A stretch of 40,534 nt of DNA from Phoronis australis (Eukaryota > Animalia > Phoronida). Position 1 is the first letter of the stretch. Each line of letters opens with the position of its first letter. Positions 1 through 9,898 of this stretch are shown piece by piece. The position numbers and the translations under genes were made by a program. Location: the NCBI GenBank assembly GCA_002633005.1, contig NMRA01001202.1, positions 1-40,534 on the forward strand, given 5' to 3'. The notes below the pieces were generated by a model. The model did no database searches. It had not been told where the DNA came from and was given only the letters and a program-made list of their open reading frames with translations.

Positions 1-391
1 ACATGGGCAATTAAACAAAGGCCATGTTCGAAAAATAGGTTGATTGAAGGAGTATTTGTTTGACTTGGGAGGAGTTTAAGACATGAACGGCCTCCACAGG
101 CCGGGTATCCCTCTATGTGCAAAAGATACTTATATTATAGAGCAATGACTTTGACAGTTTAATCAGTGAGAGGCATTTAACAGAAAAGGCTTCTGGCATA
201 TGGAGTTCCTATAGGAAGGCCACATGCAGTCTCTAACTCGGGGCCATACTGAGACGTACTGTCTACACTTACTAATCAATTACTTCACACTATAGTTTCA
301 GGCCAGCAAACTGACTGCATGGCTATATGTAATTTGCAAAAACTATTCATGACCAGTGACCGTGCTCTCACCTCAGTGACCACTGTCTCTA

Positions 392-930
392 AGAGACGGT
401 GTAGCTCCTATAGGAACTTCATACACCGGAAGTTTTTCAGCGAGTTATGCCTGATACTGAGTCCCGTTGTTAAGTACCTTTTGCACATAGAGGGACATCT
501 TAAGAGGCCATGGATGTAAATTCAATTCCTTCCAACTCAAAGAAATTAACTCCTGTTATCAAACTTTTTCTTTGAGCAGTCCCTCGTTCAGTTTCCAAAA
601 TTGGTAACTCGCCATTTTCATTCTGCGCACGTCAGGGGATTGACGTCTACCACCTACCGCGCACAGTGTTAAAAATGACGAGTTGCCAATTTTGGGAACT
701 AACGAGGGACTGCTCAAAGAAAAACCCCTTCCTGCAAAATGTACCTCGGTTATAACCATAGTTAATCATGGTCAATCATGGTAACATTTCGCAGGGGAAG
801 TTTGAGTTGGAAGGAATTAAATACATCGACGGCCTCCTAAACTAGGTGTCCTTTGCGCAAAAGGTATTTATAACAACGTGACTTAGATGCTTCCGACGTA
901 TGAAGCGTCTATAGGAGCTCCACCATCTCT
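392..930. mobile_element. Foldback/MITE with nested inverted repeats (copy B: about 25826-26355)
   Basis: Outer arms 392-540 and 803-930; inner arms about 565-619 and 672-725; a further diverged arm copy at about 58-222. Confidence 0.75.
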
Positions 931-974
931 ACTGCAGAGAGGTAGTAGAGATGGTGCTCATACTCTATGCTGTC

Positions 975-1397
975 CGTGAACTTGGAATCCTGCTTAATCT
1001 CAAGATTGAGCGGAAGTGAGTTTTGCGTGAACTTGGAATTGAATATTCTTTAAGACAAAAAGGTGAAATTCTTGTTAGTGAAAAGAATTTTTGTATTAAT
1101 TGACCTCGCGATCAACCAGTTTCTCCTCCACCGTAACTTGTGTCTCTGAACCAGAGGAATATGTGAATGGTTAAATCGATTGGGTTTGGTGAAACTGATT
1201 GCCCGTAGTTCAAAAGATTGGTTAAAATTGACAATATTTTATTCAAATGTAACTTGATTAAGTGCAGTGCAAATTAAACATTTATGAACATGAACATGAT
1301 TATTTGAGTGAACTTGTCAAGTTGTCTCACGTATTCCAAGTTCACGCAACACTCAATTCTGCTTAATCTTGAGATTAAGCAGGATTCCAAGTTCACG
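975..1397. mobile_element. MITE with TIRs of about 64 bp (GTGAACTTGGAATCCTGCTTAATCTCAAGATT...)
   Basis: Inverted termini at 975-1039 and 1334-1397. Counterpart at 26407-26828; fragments at about 16590-16745, 35481-35580 and 40172-40258. Confidence 0.85.
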
Positions 1398-1811
1398 TAG
1401 AGCAATCTCTTGAGTCAGCTAAACTCTAAGGGTACGCAGGGTTACGTGTTTTACTGAGACAGCTAGCATATTGGAAGTTACGAGAAGTCTTGACACCGCA
1501 AGATAGAAATACAAAGCCATATTTCATCTGCTAACTAAAACCTACGTATGTGAGTATTATGTGAGAAAAAATCCAGCTCCAGTCCAGGACTCAGTGACTT
1601 GTCACCAGGCTAGACACGGACCATTCATAACCAGAAACAAACAAACAACTACGTACTTAGGCGTGCACAAACACTCAATCCTACATTCGTATTCCACACA
1701 ACGACATAAAGAGGATTGGCACATACCAACTCAATAAAATTCACAGATACAGATTACGGTTTTGACCGTTCACCGGTTCACGCATCGTTTGTTGCCATTG
1801 ACTTTCCTTTC

Positions 1812-1887
1812 TCTAGTTCTCTGTATGTCCGCTAGGAGGTAGAGATCACGTGCTCTATATCTCCTAGCGGACACGTAGGGAACTAGA
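1812..1887. repeat. Imperfect hairpin of about 76 bp centred on CACGTG (copy B about 27448-27523)
   Basis: CTAGTTCTCT..TGTCCGCTAGGAG...CACGTG...CTCCTAGCGGACA..AGGGAACTAG. Confidence 0.85.
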
Positions 1888-1990
1888 TAGGGGTCAACTC
1901 TTCTTTTTTTATCTCATTGATTGGATCTTCTGTTACTAGTGTGTTAGGAACTTACTTGACTACTTTTTCACCATCCGGGAATCAAGCTAT

Positions 1991-2875
1991 GGTGTCATAT
2001 ACGGCACCCAGCGTATTTCTGTTTTTCCTTATAAATACTCACATATGTGGGTCGAATATATGAAATGACTATTATTTTTCTATCTTGCATTGTTAATACT
2101 TCTCCCAACTTCCAACATGCAGTCGTAATATCAACAAATTTTTCGAACTCGATGAACTTGCGGAGACGCCATGTTTGAATGTGGTTGTATTATTGCGCCA
2201 CCTGTGGATGACAACTACGTCGTGTACATGTAAAGGAAATTTCAATCACAGTATTTTTTTCGTGGCAATGTTATCCGCCGGCACTGCACACTTTTGCAGA
2301 GGTAATTCAAATTAAGAAGAATGAGCTGTTGTGGATAGTAATGATCCTTATATACCACCACTAGCTTATTTAAAGTACGTGGTCGTCTGGTAAAAAAATG
2401 TACGTCAGAACAACGCCTTCTCCAAGGCCCCGGCGTAAAGCGCGTGGTCGTTTGGAGGAAAAATGTTCACCCGACCACACGCGATACGAGACTTGAGCAA
2501 AATCGCATCGGGCCGGGGTCGGTACCGAAAAAAAATTAAAGCCTCTGCTATGCTCTCTGAGTCAATTAAAGTACGTGGTCGTCTGGTAAAAAATGTACGT
2601 CGGAACCACGCCTTCTCCAAGGCCCGTAAAGCGCGTGGTCGTTTGGAGGAAAAATGTTCCCCGACCACTGACACGCGATATGAAACTCTTGAGCAAAATC
2701 GCATCGGGTCGGTACCGAAAAAAATTAAAGCCTCTGCTATGCTCTCTGAGTCAATGATTAACTTGAAGTACGTGGTCGTCTGGTAAAAAAATGTACGTCG
2801 GAACCACGCCTTCCGTCCAGCAAGGCCCTCAAAACGCGTGGTCGCCTGGAGGAAAAAAGGTTCACCCGACCACAC
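1991..2875. mobile_element. Second copy of the transposon left end, truncated at N 2876
   Basis: Near-identical to 4479-5240 including about 100 bp of left flank. Likely an alternative haplotype or a local duplication. Confidence 0.8.
2372..2875 (+). repeat. Subterminal tandem repeat, about 195-bp unit (2.5 units here; 2 units at 4860-5242)
   Basis: Units begin AAGTACGTGGTCGTCTGGTAAAAAA at about 2373, 2569, 2766, 4861 and 5054. Each holds inverted GTGGTCG...CGACCAC/GAACCAC pairs. Confidence 0.9.
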
Positions 2876-5680
2876 NGAACATTCTGAAACATGAGTGCAT
2901 CATTTGTTAGCAGGAAAGTACATTATGGGCCACATTTCAAGAAAGAGAAAGAAGTATAGCTTTCAAAAACAGGTACGTGTTTTTTAAAAATACATCTTAG
3001 TGTTTTCCATGTGTGTTTCAGTATTATCACCAGTTGTTTTTTAACTTGTTCTGCCCCTTGGCTGCCTAGGCCTTAGACAATACTGCTGACCCAGTAGAGA
3101 CGATGATCATACCATACGTACTTCATATGCCGGATACTTTTCGGCAAATTATGTTCCTATCAATTTAGAAGTACCGCGTAGAGAGATGCCTCTGAGGAGG
3201 TAGTTAATGTTTTCATTTGTTCCCAGTTTAAACAAATACTCCTGCAATCGAACACTCCATTCAGTTGCCACATCGACACTGCTTGCGCTAAGGGATAATC
3301 CTATGGCGTTATAGTGATTTTAAAGCACTTTAAGTCAAAAAAATTTGAGAAGGTTAAATGGAGTAGATGGTTGCAAACAACATGCCCAAGTGGCCGTCAT
3401 CCCCTGCCGAAGTCTCAATTTTTTGTAAACATTAATTACTTAGGTAGCTGCAATGATAATTAGATTAAAGTGCCTAAGTGGCCATCGTCGCCGTTGAAAT
3501 TTGAGGACGATTGAAGCCACTGTCCAACGTCGATTACCTTAAGTGTAAATCGATTGACTATGGTTTGAGCATCTGATTTTAAAAAATTGAATTTCAATCA
3601 CTGCACTGGTATATCAGCTGATTTATTTTCAGTTGCATCAACTAATCTAATTATTAGGCGATCAACATTTTAGGCGACAGATAAGACGGCATGTAAATTT
3701 GTTAGGCTGGTGGTGGATCAGTTCCTGATAAGTCCGTCTGAAAAAAGTTGCATGCCAACTCACTCATAGTTGAATGATAAATTAGTGTTAACAGTTCGGG
3801 TTTTTTTCAGTTGGACTTGTATCGCAAGCAACAGCTCAGTCCAGAGNAACACCTGGAATATTGGGGGAAGAAAGCTATCTCTGCCCCCAACCTTTCAATT
3901 GGTTGAGGGGCACCCCCCACTCCTCAGTATCTCTTCTTCAGCAGATCCATTTGATGTTTATTACATTCCTGACCCCCCTGGACAAAATCCTACAGGTTCG
4001 GTACCTGCACATTCTCCAATAACCTATTTCCATCTGCTCAGCTCTTATTACTGAGTCTCCCTCTTGCTTATGATTTATTTCTCGTAATTTACATTACCCT
4101 TGCTGCCCAAATTTTTTCTTGGATTACTCTATATTTTGCCTATGTGTATTTTTCCATTATAGTGCTCGTGTTTTTTGTTTTCAATATTTTAAACAAAGAC
4201 ACTTCACTGACAATTTTGAATTTGACAAACTAAGATCGGCAATAGTGAATGCCTTCCGTACTTCGTCGGCCCACACACACCCGCTAGGTGTCGCCACGGT
4301 CCATGACACAATAATGGCGGCGGCCTTGGTGAATAGTCTTGTTAGCGTCTTTGCCCGTCTTTGATAGGGGTCATCGTAAACCACGTGACTTCAACTCTTC
4401 TTTTTTATCTCATTGATTGGATCTTCTCTTACTAGTGTGTTAGGAACTTACTTTTTCAGCATCCGGGAATCAAGCTATGGTGTCATATACGGCACCCAGC
4501 GTATTTCTGTTTTTCCTTATAAATACTCACATATGTGGGTCGAATATATGAAATGACTATTATTTTTCTATCTTGCAGTGTTAATACTTCTAGTCCCAAC
4601 TTCCAACATGCAGTCGTAATATCAACAAATTTTTCGAACTCGATGAACTTGCGGAGACGCCATGAATGTGGTTGTATTATTGCGCTACCTGTGGATGACA
4701 ACTACGTCGTGTACATGTAAAGGAAATTTCAATCACAGTATTTTTTTTCGTGGCAATGTTATCCGCCGGCACTGCACACTTTTGCAGAGGTAATTCAAAT
4801 TAAGAAGAATGAGCTGTTGTGGATAGTAATGGTCCTTATATACCACCACTAGCTTATTTAAAGTACGTGGTCGTCTGGTAAAAAATGTACGTCGGAACCA
4901 CGCCTTCTCCAAGGCCCGTAAAGCGCGTGGTCGTTTGGAGGCCAAATGTTCACCCGACCACACGCGATATGAAACTCATTGAGCAAAATCGCATCGGGTC
5001 GGTACCGAAAAAAAATTAAAGCCTCTGCTATGCTCTCTGAGTCAATTAACTTGAAGTACGTGGTCGTCTGGTAAAAAAATGTACGTCGGAACCACGCCTT
5101 CCGTCCAGCAAGGCCCTCAAAGCGCGTGGTCGTTTGGAGGAAAAATGTTCACCCGACCACACGCGATATGAGACTTGAGCAAAATCGCATCGGGTCGGTA
5201 CCGAAAAAAAATTAAAGCCTCTACTATGCTCTATGAGTCAATATTATATGTAAATTGCGACTCGATTGCCAGTTTGTGTAACCATAGATTATAGACAACA
5301 GATTCGCAACTCCGGCATATGCTTACATGCTGAGCTGAACTCTCCTGACCTTTCTGCTGCAGTTTCCGGTTAGTGTATTTTGACGAGAACTACTTGCCTT
5401 CTTTTTTACTGTTCAAAACAACGAAAAAAATATTAATTTCGGCATTGAAACGCTTTTCAAAATCTTTCAATAGTAGAAGTGTTGGTATTGTGAGTACTTT
5501 TGGCAATGCTACTGGTAATTAATTACAAAATTCAAACTTCGGTGCCGACTGATTATGTCGTCTGCTTGCCCAATAGCAGCATAGTTATCGGACAGTTTTT
5601 GATTTATGGTTCATATAGGCCTACTGAGAAAACTACGAAAGCATGTTTATAAATCAACATTCTCAACTTGAAGTGAGCAG

Positions 5681-5717
5681 TTCTTCTGGGAACTGTTGAG
5701 TGGCTCTTAAAAGGGCC
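5681..5717 (-). terminator. Histone-type 3' stem-loop (distal) with purine-rich downstream element
   Basis: The - strand reads ccAAC-GGCCCT-TTTA-AGAGCC-ACTCA (one C-A mismatch), then AGAAGAA 14 nt downstream (5687-5681), the position expected for a U7-binding HDE. Confidence 0.7.
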
Positions 5718-5742
5718 GTTGGTTGCAGCTATAGCGTGAAAT

Positions 5743-5758
5743 GGTTCTTAAAAGAACC
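5743..5758 (-). terminator. Histone-type 3' stem-loop (proximal)
   Basis: The - strand reads caAC-GGTTCT-TTTA-AGAACC-Attt, a perfect 6-bp stem with 4-nt loop matching the replication-dependent histone consensus. It lies 10 nt after the TGA at 5769-5771. Confidence 0.75.
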
Positions 5759-5768
5759 GTTGAATAAT

Positions 5769-6234
5769 TCAACATAATTCACACAGTATACCATGCTCAC
5801 TCAAGTACTGAAGGTCCTCTTTATTCAAGTTTTCATCTGGGAAGGTTGGATGAAAACAGGAAATGACAATATCGATGACAGTTGTAACACCTTATATAAA
5901 TGTTACCGTTCTCCAACGATATCACGAAGCCTGCCTTTTTCAGTTCTTGTTCCTGGATTCAGAAGTAGCCCTGAACCATAGGGAAAAAAGACGTACTACG
6001 AAAACAAATCAAATTTTGAAAATCATCGCCTTCGTGTGATTACGTGTCGCTGTCGCCAGACTGTTGTTCCTCCCCAACATCAATGTCGAAAATCGACGTT
6101 ACAAGTGATGGAAACTTGTGTCCTTTGTTTCTAACTTTTAACCCATTTTTTAAGAAAGGGGTGTACTGATTTTGTCTAACGTTCATAGAGCATAACTTTT
6201 GGTTTTTACAATGCATTAATTGTGTTGAATGCAT
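5769..6234 (-). pseudogene. Intronless BIR (IAP-repeat)-like pseudogene carried inside the transposon
   Basis: The frame of ORF 6234-6040 continues past two stops as ...CFRSTSFFPMVQGYF*IQEQELKKAGFVISLENGNIYIRCYNC, then after a frameshift IDIVISCFHPTFPDENLNKEDLQYLSEHGILCELC*. This matches BIR hallmarks RxxSF, LxxAGF, CxxC and H-x6-C. The C-to-H spacing (about 27) is longer than the canonical 16. Confidence 0.55.
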
Positions 6235-6347
6235 TCATATTAGGTGGCTTCATTGAGTTGAACAGAAAATAAAATAAATGTAACACAAGATAAAGTTTTG
6301 AAAATAAATAGAACAGTAAAACAGGACTCCCTAAAAATCGAGCTGTT

Positions 6348-6404
6348 TTCAAAAACTTTGCGCCATTGGTGATCTGATTGGTTCATGCATTTACGGCGGG
6401 AAAA
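6348..6404 (-). promoter_or_regulatory. Cell-cycle-type promoter motif cluster upstream of the BIR-like ORF
   Basis: On the - strand: E2F-like TTTTCCCGCC (6404-6395), CCAAT twice (6381-6377, 6369-6365), GGCGC, and CHR-like TTTGAA (6353-6348), about 115-170 bp before ATG 6234. Confidence 0.5.
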
Positions 6405-7557
6405 TAATAGACCAAGTATCGTGCACGTGTGCACTGTAGCAACACTTTGTATCTTATTCTTATTTGGCCAATCTGTTGATACATTAAATTTCCTTATTTA
6501 TGCCCATCCTGATTTGACTGCAACTTGAGCTTGTTGGGTTCTACCATATATTGGGTTGGCATTGGGACCCACATGATGCTTACTCGAATGGGCTTCATTT
6601 TACCAATTATTTCAAATTGAGGTGAAGTAAATAAACAAAGTGGGTGATTATCATCACCAGAATTTCATCATTAGTATCTTTTGCCGGGTGCTCAAATTTT
6701 CTGAGACTAGGGATTGGGCAGATTTGTAAGGTAGAAGTGTTTCGCTGGATTTCCAGGTCTGTGGCGTTATTTATACCGGACCAAAATTAAAAAAACAGAC
6801 CTTTGTTTAAATCAGGAGCTGCATGATACACATTTATTAGACGTGCGCAGGCATTGCACTGATCACTTGAAACCATTTTTATGGTTTATTAATATATAGT
6901 TAAACCAAGCTGAGGAGCTTGAAACCTGATTCAAGGCAATTTTTGGCAGTGGTATTTTCTGAAAACTACAGCTCGTCGCAACTGTCTGTTACCGGTAAGA
7001 TGCCCCTGGCCCGCGGGTCCAGCACATTCATTTGCTGGAGCTCGAACACTGTAAGATTGACAGATATTTTTAACAATTATCTCCTGAGTTGGGCACGAAA
7101 GAAATAGTTACTTATGAAGCAAACTCTGGTCATAAACGGTTATAGCATTTACTGTTTACTTAATTACACGCGCCGGTAGCCAGGGGGGGAGGGTTCGGAA
7201 AAGGTCCTCCTAACTACTATACAGTTTCGGCCCAGCCGTGCATAGTGCGAGATTCCGGTGGGTGAGGTTGAGGCACAACTATTCAGTAGGTCGCGCTCAC
7301 GAAATGATGCGATCTTGACATGAATTTGATGAATGTATTGTACCTATCAATTTTCCTACTTCATATTCTTTTAAAAATGTCAGTATGTACTCATTCGTAA
7401 CACATACAGACAATTTCGCATTAGCATGAAATCCAAACAAAGCGTTTTAATAACAAGCGCGTTGTTTTTGGTATACTTACACCAGGCAGAGCCGCATCTA
7501 TGAACCGATGCATCGTTTTACTTTTTGAATTTAAAAGAACAAAAATTACACCTGAGC

Positions 7558-7715
7558 CAGAGCGGATCCACGAGTTTTAGTTAGGGGGGCCAGGGAAGAG
7601 TATTAGTCAGGATTTTGCCAGTCAGACATTCGCACCCTTGAACTGCGAAATGGAATGAGGAAGAGTTTATGGGGGGCATGATCTCTTGGTCCCTTCTGGC
7701 ACTAAATCCGTCACC
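7558..7715. mobile_element. Degenerate CAGTGGCGGAT-type MITE nested in the large transposon
   Basis: CAGAGCGGATCC...G-run...AATCCGTCACCG imperfect termini; no clear TSD. Confidence 0.45.
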
Positions 7716-8555
7716 GAGTCCGAGACAGGTAATAGATTCGTGGCACTATGCCCTTTGGGACCTATTTGTTTTAGTTCCTTCCCGACCTGGTGCTGGATGC
7801 AGGTCTTCCCCCTACAACATGTTGCGCTTTAGGCCTACCGCTCGGATGATGGCAGAGGACCTCGCCACGCAGGGCTGGTAGTCGGTAGAGGCCACCTAAT
7901 ACGGCAGGTGTTTATCTCGCGGACCACGCGGCAAGCTTGCCGCACTTGCCAGCTAGTGCGAATTTAGACTTACTATACCTACTATACACACCACACTTTC
8001 TACGTAAATGGGCGATAATCGGTATATTCTTTACCTAACTGAGCATTTCATATTTTAAATTGGTTATTACATATTTCGTTTTACAACATTGCCACATGAA
8101 CAACACCAACTTTTCCATAATAGGCAAAACACAAATTTCAATTACATATTGAAATGCTTGTGTTCTGTGTGCACCGACAAGAGATGCATTTTATAACAAG
8201 TACTGAAACACACAATTCTTCGTTAGATTTTTAATTTTATAAGTAACAACAATCACACCATGATTATTCTTATTCAACATGATAAACGGTGGCAATTGCA
8301 TTTCAAATGAATGACTATACAAGCAGCCTAGCGTTTTCTAGGACTCGTTTTATAAGACCATCGTAGCGGAAGTGGTCTGGTTTTCATCCACAGGTAGATA
8401 CTTGCAAAACTGACCGTTTACTACACTTCAAAATGACACCTATACCTTATTAAAACAGCCACCCCTCAAAATATTCCAACGTAGGGGTGGCTATCGTATA
8501 CTCCTTGAATTTGAACGGTTTCAATTTGCTTTTAAATGACCAGTTTCTTTTAAAG

Positions 8556-8980
8556 GGGCCGTGGTCCCGACGGATATTTTTTTTTACCATACGACCACGC
8601 ACTTTAAACGATTTAGAGAGGGTTGTCGGGGCAGTCAATTTTAGTCCCTACACGTACCTGACACAATTTTTCTCGAGTCTCAGATCGCTTGTGGTCGGGC
8701 GGTCATTTTTTCTCCTAACGACGGCGTGGTCCCGACGGATATTTTTTTACCATACGACCACTCGCTTTAAACGACTTCGACAGTGCTTGCCTTGTGGGCG
8801 GGAGACAATTTTTCGTCTTTACGACCACCACTTCCATCAGCAGCGTGGCCCGCGGAAATAATTCATACACGACGACCACGTTCAACTTCGTGGTCCAAGC
8901 GGATAAAATTTATCCATGCGACCATAGGTTTTAATTGGAGTTAAATTAATCCTATGTAGCGTGTGGCTGGTGGGACCACT
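8556..8980 (-). repeat. Right subterminal array, an inverted and diverged version of the left-end repeats
   Basis: GGCGTGGTCCCGACGGATATTTTTTTACCATACGACCAC resembles the reverse complement of the left-unit core. At least five GTGG...CGACCA pairs are present. Confidence 0.8.
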
Positions 8981-9565
8981 AAATCATCTTATTCAGCGAA
9001 CTGGGTAATACTGCAGCCTACACGGTGGGTTTAGTATAAGTCTGAGTAAACTATCTCGTAGTCATTTGGTGGTTATTTACACGACGTGCGTTCTCTTATT
9101 TTCAAAAGATGGCGTCAGTACGGGAGGGAATTTAGACGAGTACGGGAAATTCGTTCGTATTTGTGCAAGACTGGCTGTTTTAAAGCAAAAATAGCATCGC
9201 AAGGGGAGTATAGAATTTGCCTAGAAAGCATTGGTACCCAAGATAGTAACTTTATTTACCCAAAAAGGTGTAATTTATGGGAAAAACAGAAGTACGTTGG
9301 GTGCCATATTTGACACCAAGCTTGGTCCCTGAACAGATAAGGCTGCAGCCGCGGCCAAATTGCTAGAAGTAGGCCAGGCTTGGGGGCAGTTTTGAGACAG
9401 GTGTTGCACGTAGGCCCAGTGAATCCGGTTTATTTGTACTTGTGAACATGTTATTGTTGGGAATAAGACGAGCCGGTAGATGCATTCTTCAAGATGGTGG
9501 CCCCCTGTCATTTACATTGACATTGCAGCGCCAGCTGTGCATTGCCGATTAGCGAATAAGAAGTC

Positions 9566-9898
9566 CAGTGGCGGATTTAAGGGGGGGGTAAGGGGCCATG
9601 GTCCTCTCTAAAATTATCCCAGATTCAATATGACAATATGGCAGTTGGGGGATGTGCAAATTGCTGACTAACACATGCGCACACCAGGGGGGCTTGGGGG
9701 GGGGGCGGGGCGAATACACAATGTCAATGCATAGGCCCTAATTGAACAAACCCATTTTTTTTAATGTCCTCAAACTCAAAAATTCGAGACCCCTACATCC
9801 CTACATTTTTGGCTGGGCTATCGCATGAGGCGAAATTCTGGTTATTCCTAGCTGCACCCTAGTAGCCCCCCCCATTCAAAATCCTGGATCCGCTCCTG
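9566..9898. mobile_element. CAGTGGCGGAT-type MITE with 5-bp TSD AAGTC
   Basis: Ends CAGTGGCGGAT...ATCCGCTCCTG, with AAGTC at 9561-9565 and 9899-9903. The copy B equivalent starts at 27889 and runs into the gap. Confidence 0.75.

Larger units (their letters stand above)
4479..9317. mobile_element. Non-autonomous TIR DNA transposon (about 4.8 kb) with subterminal repeat arrays and gene cargo; superfamily unassigned
   Basis: Left TIR GGTGTCATATACGGCACCCAGCGTATTTCTGTTTTTCCTTATAAAT versus reverse complement of the right end GGTGTCAAATATGGCACCCAACGTACTTCTGTTTTTCCCATAAAT. AAGCT lies on both flanks (left copy followed by AT). The empty site ggaatcAAGCTtggtc is at about 27641-27656 in copy B. No transposase ORF recognised. 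Confidence 0.85.

Noticed and set aside
2405-2875. 156-aa and 107-aa ORFs (also 4733-4963 and 8487-8861)
   Set aside because: They are translations of the subterminal tandem repeats, with no domain features.
2372-2875. CRISPR-like appearance of recurring short palindromic motifs
   Set aside because: The intervening sequences are themselves repeated rather than unique spacers, there are no cas genes, and the context is eukaryotic.
2900-3205. Exon-like block reading GCLGLRQYC*PS...TIRTSYAGYF, faintly like the P2X7 C-terminal/nanor-type transposon accessory domain
   Set aside because: Similarity is too weak and interrupted to call without a profile search.
4281-4294. CTCF-like motifs (CCGCTAGGTGTCGC; also about 2195, 16543 and 35431)
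   Set aside because: Partial matches, several within repeats; not supportable from sequence alone.
5760-6300. Histone gene upstream of the stem-loops
   Set aside because: No H1, H2A, H2B, H3 or H4 sequence recognised in the - strand frames; the adjoining frame is BIR-like.
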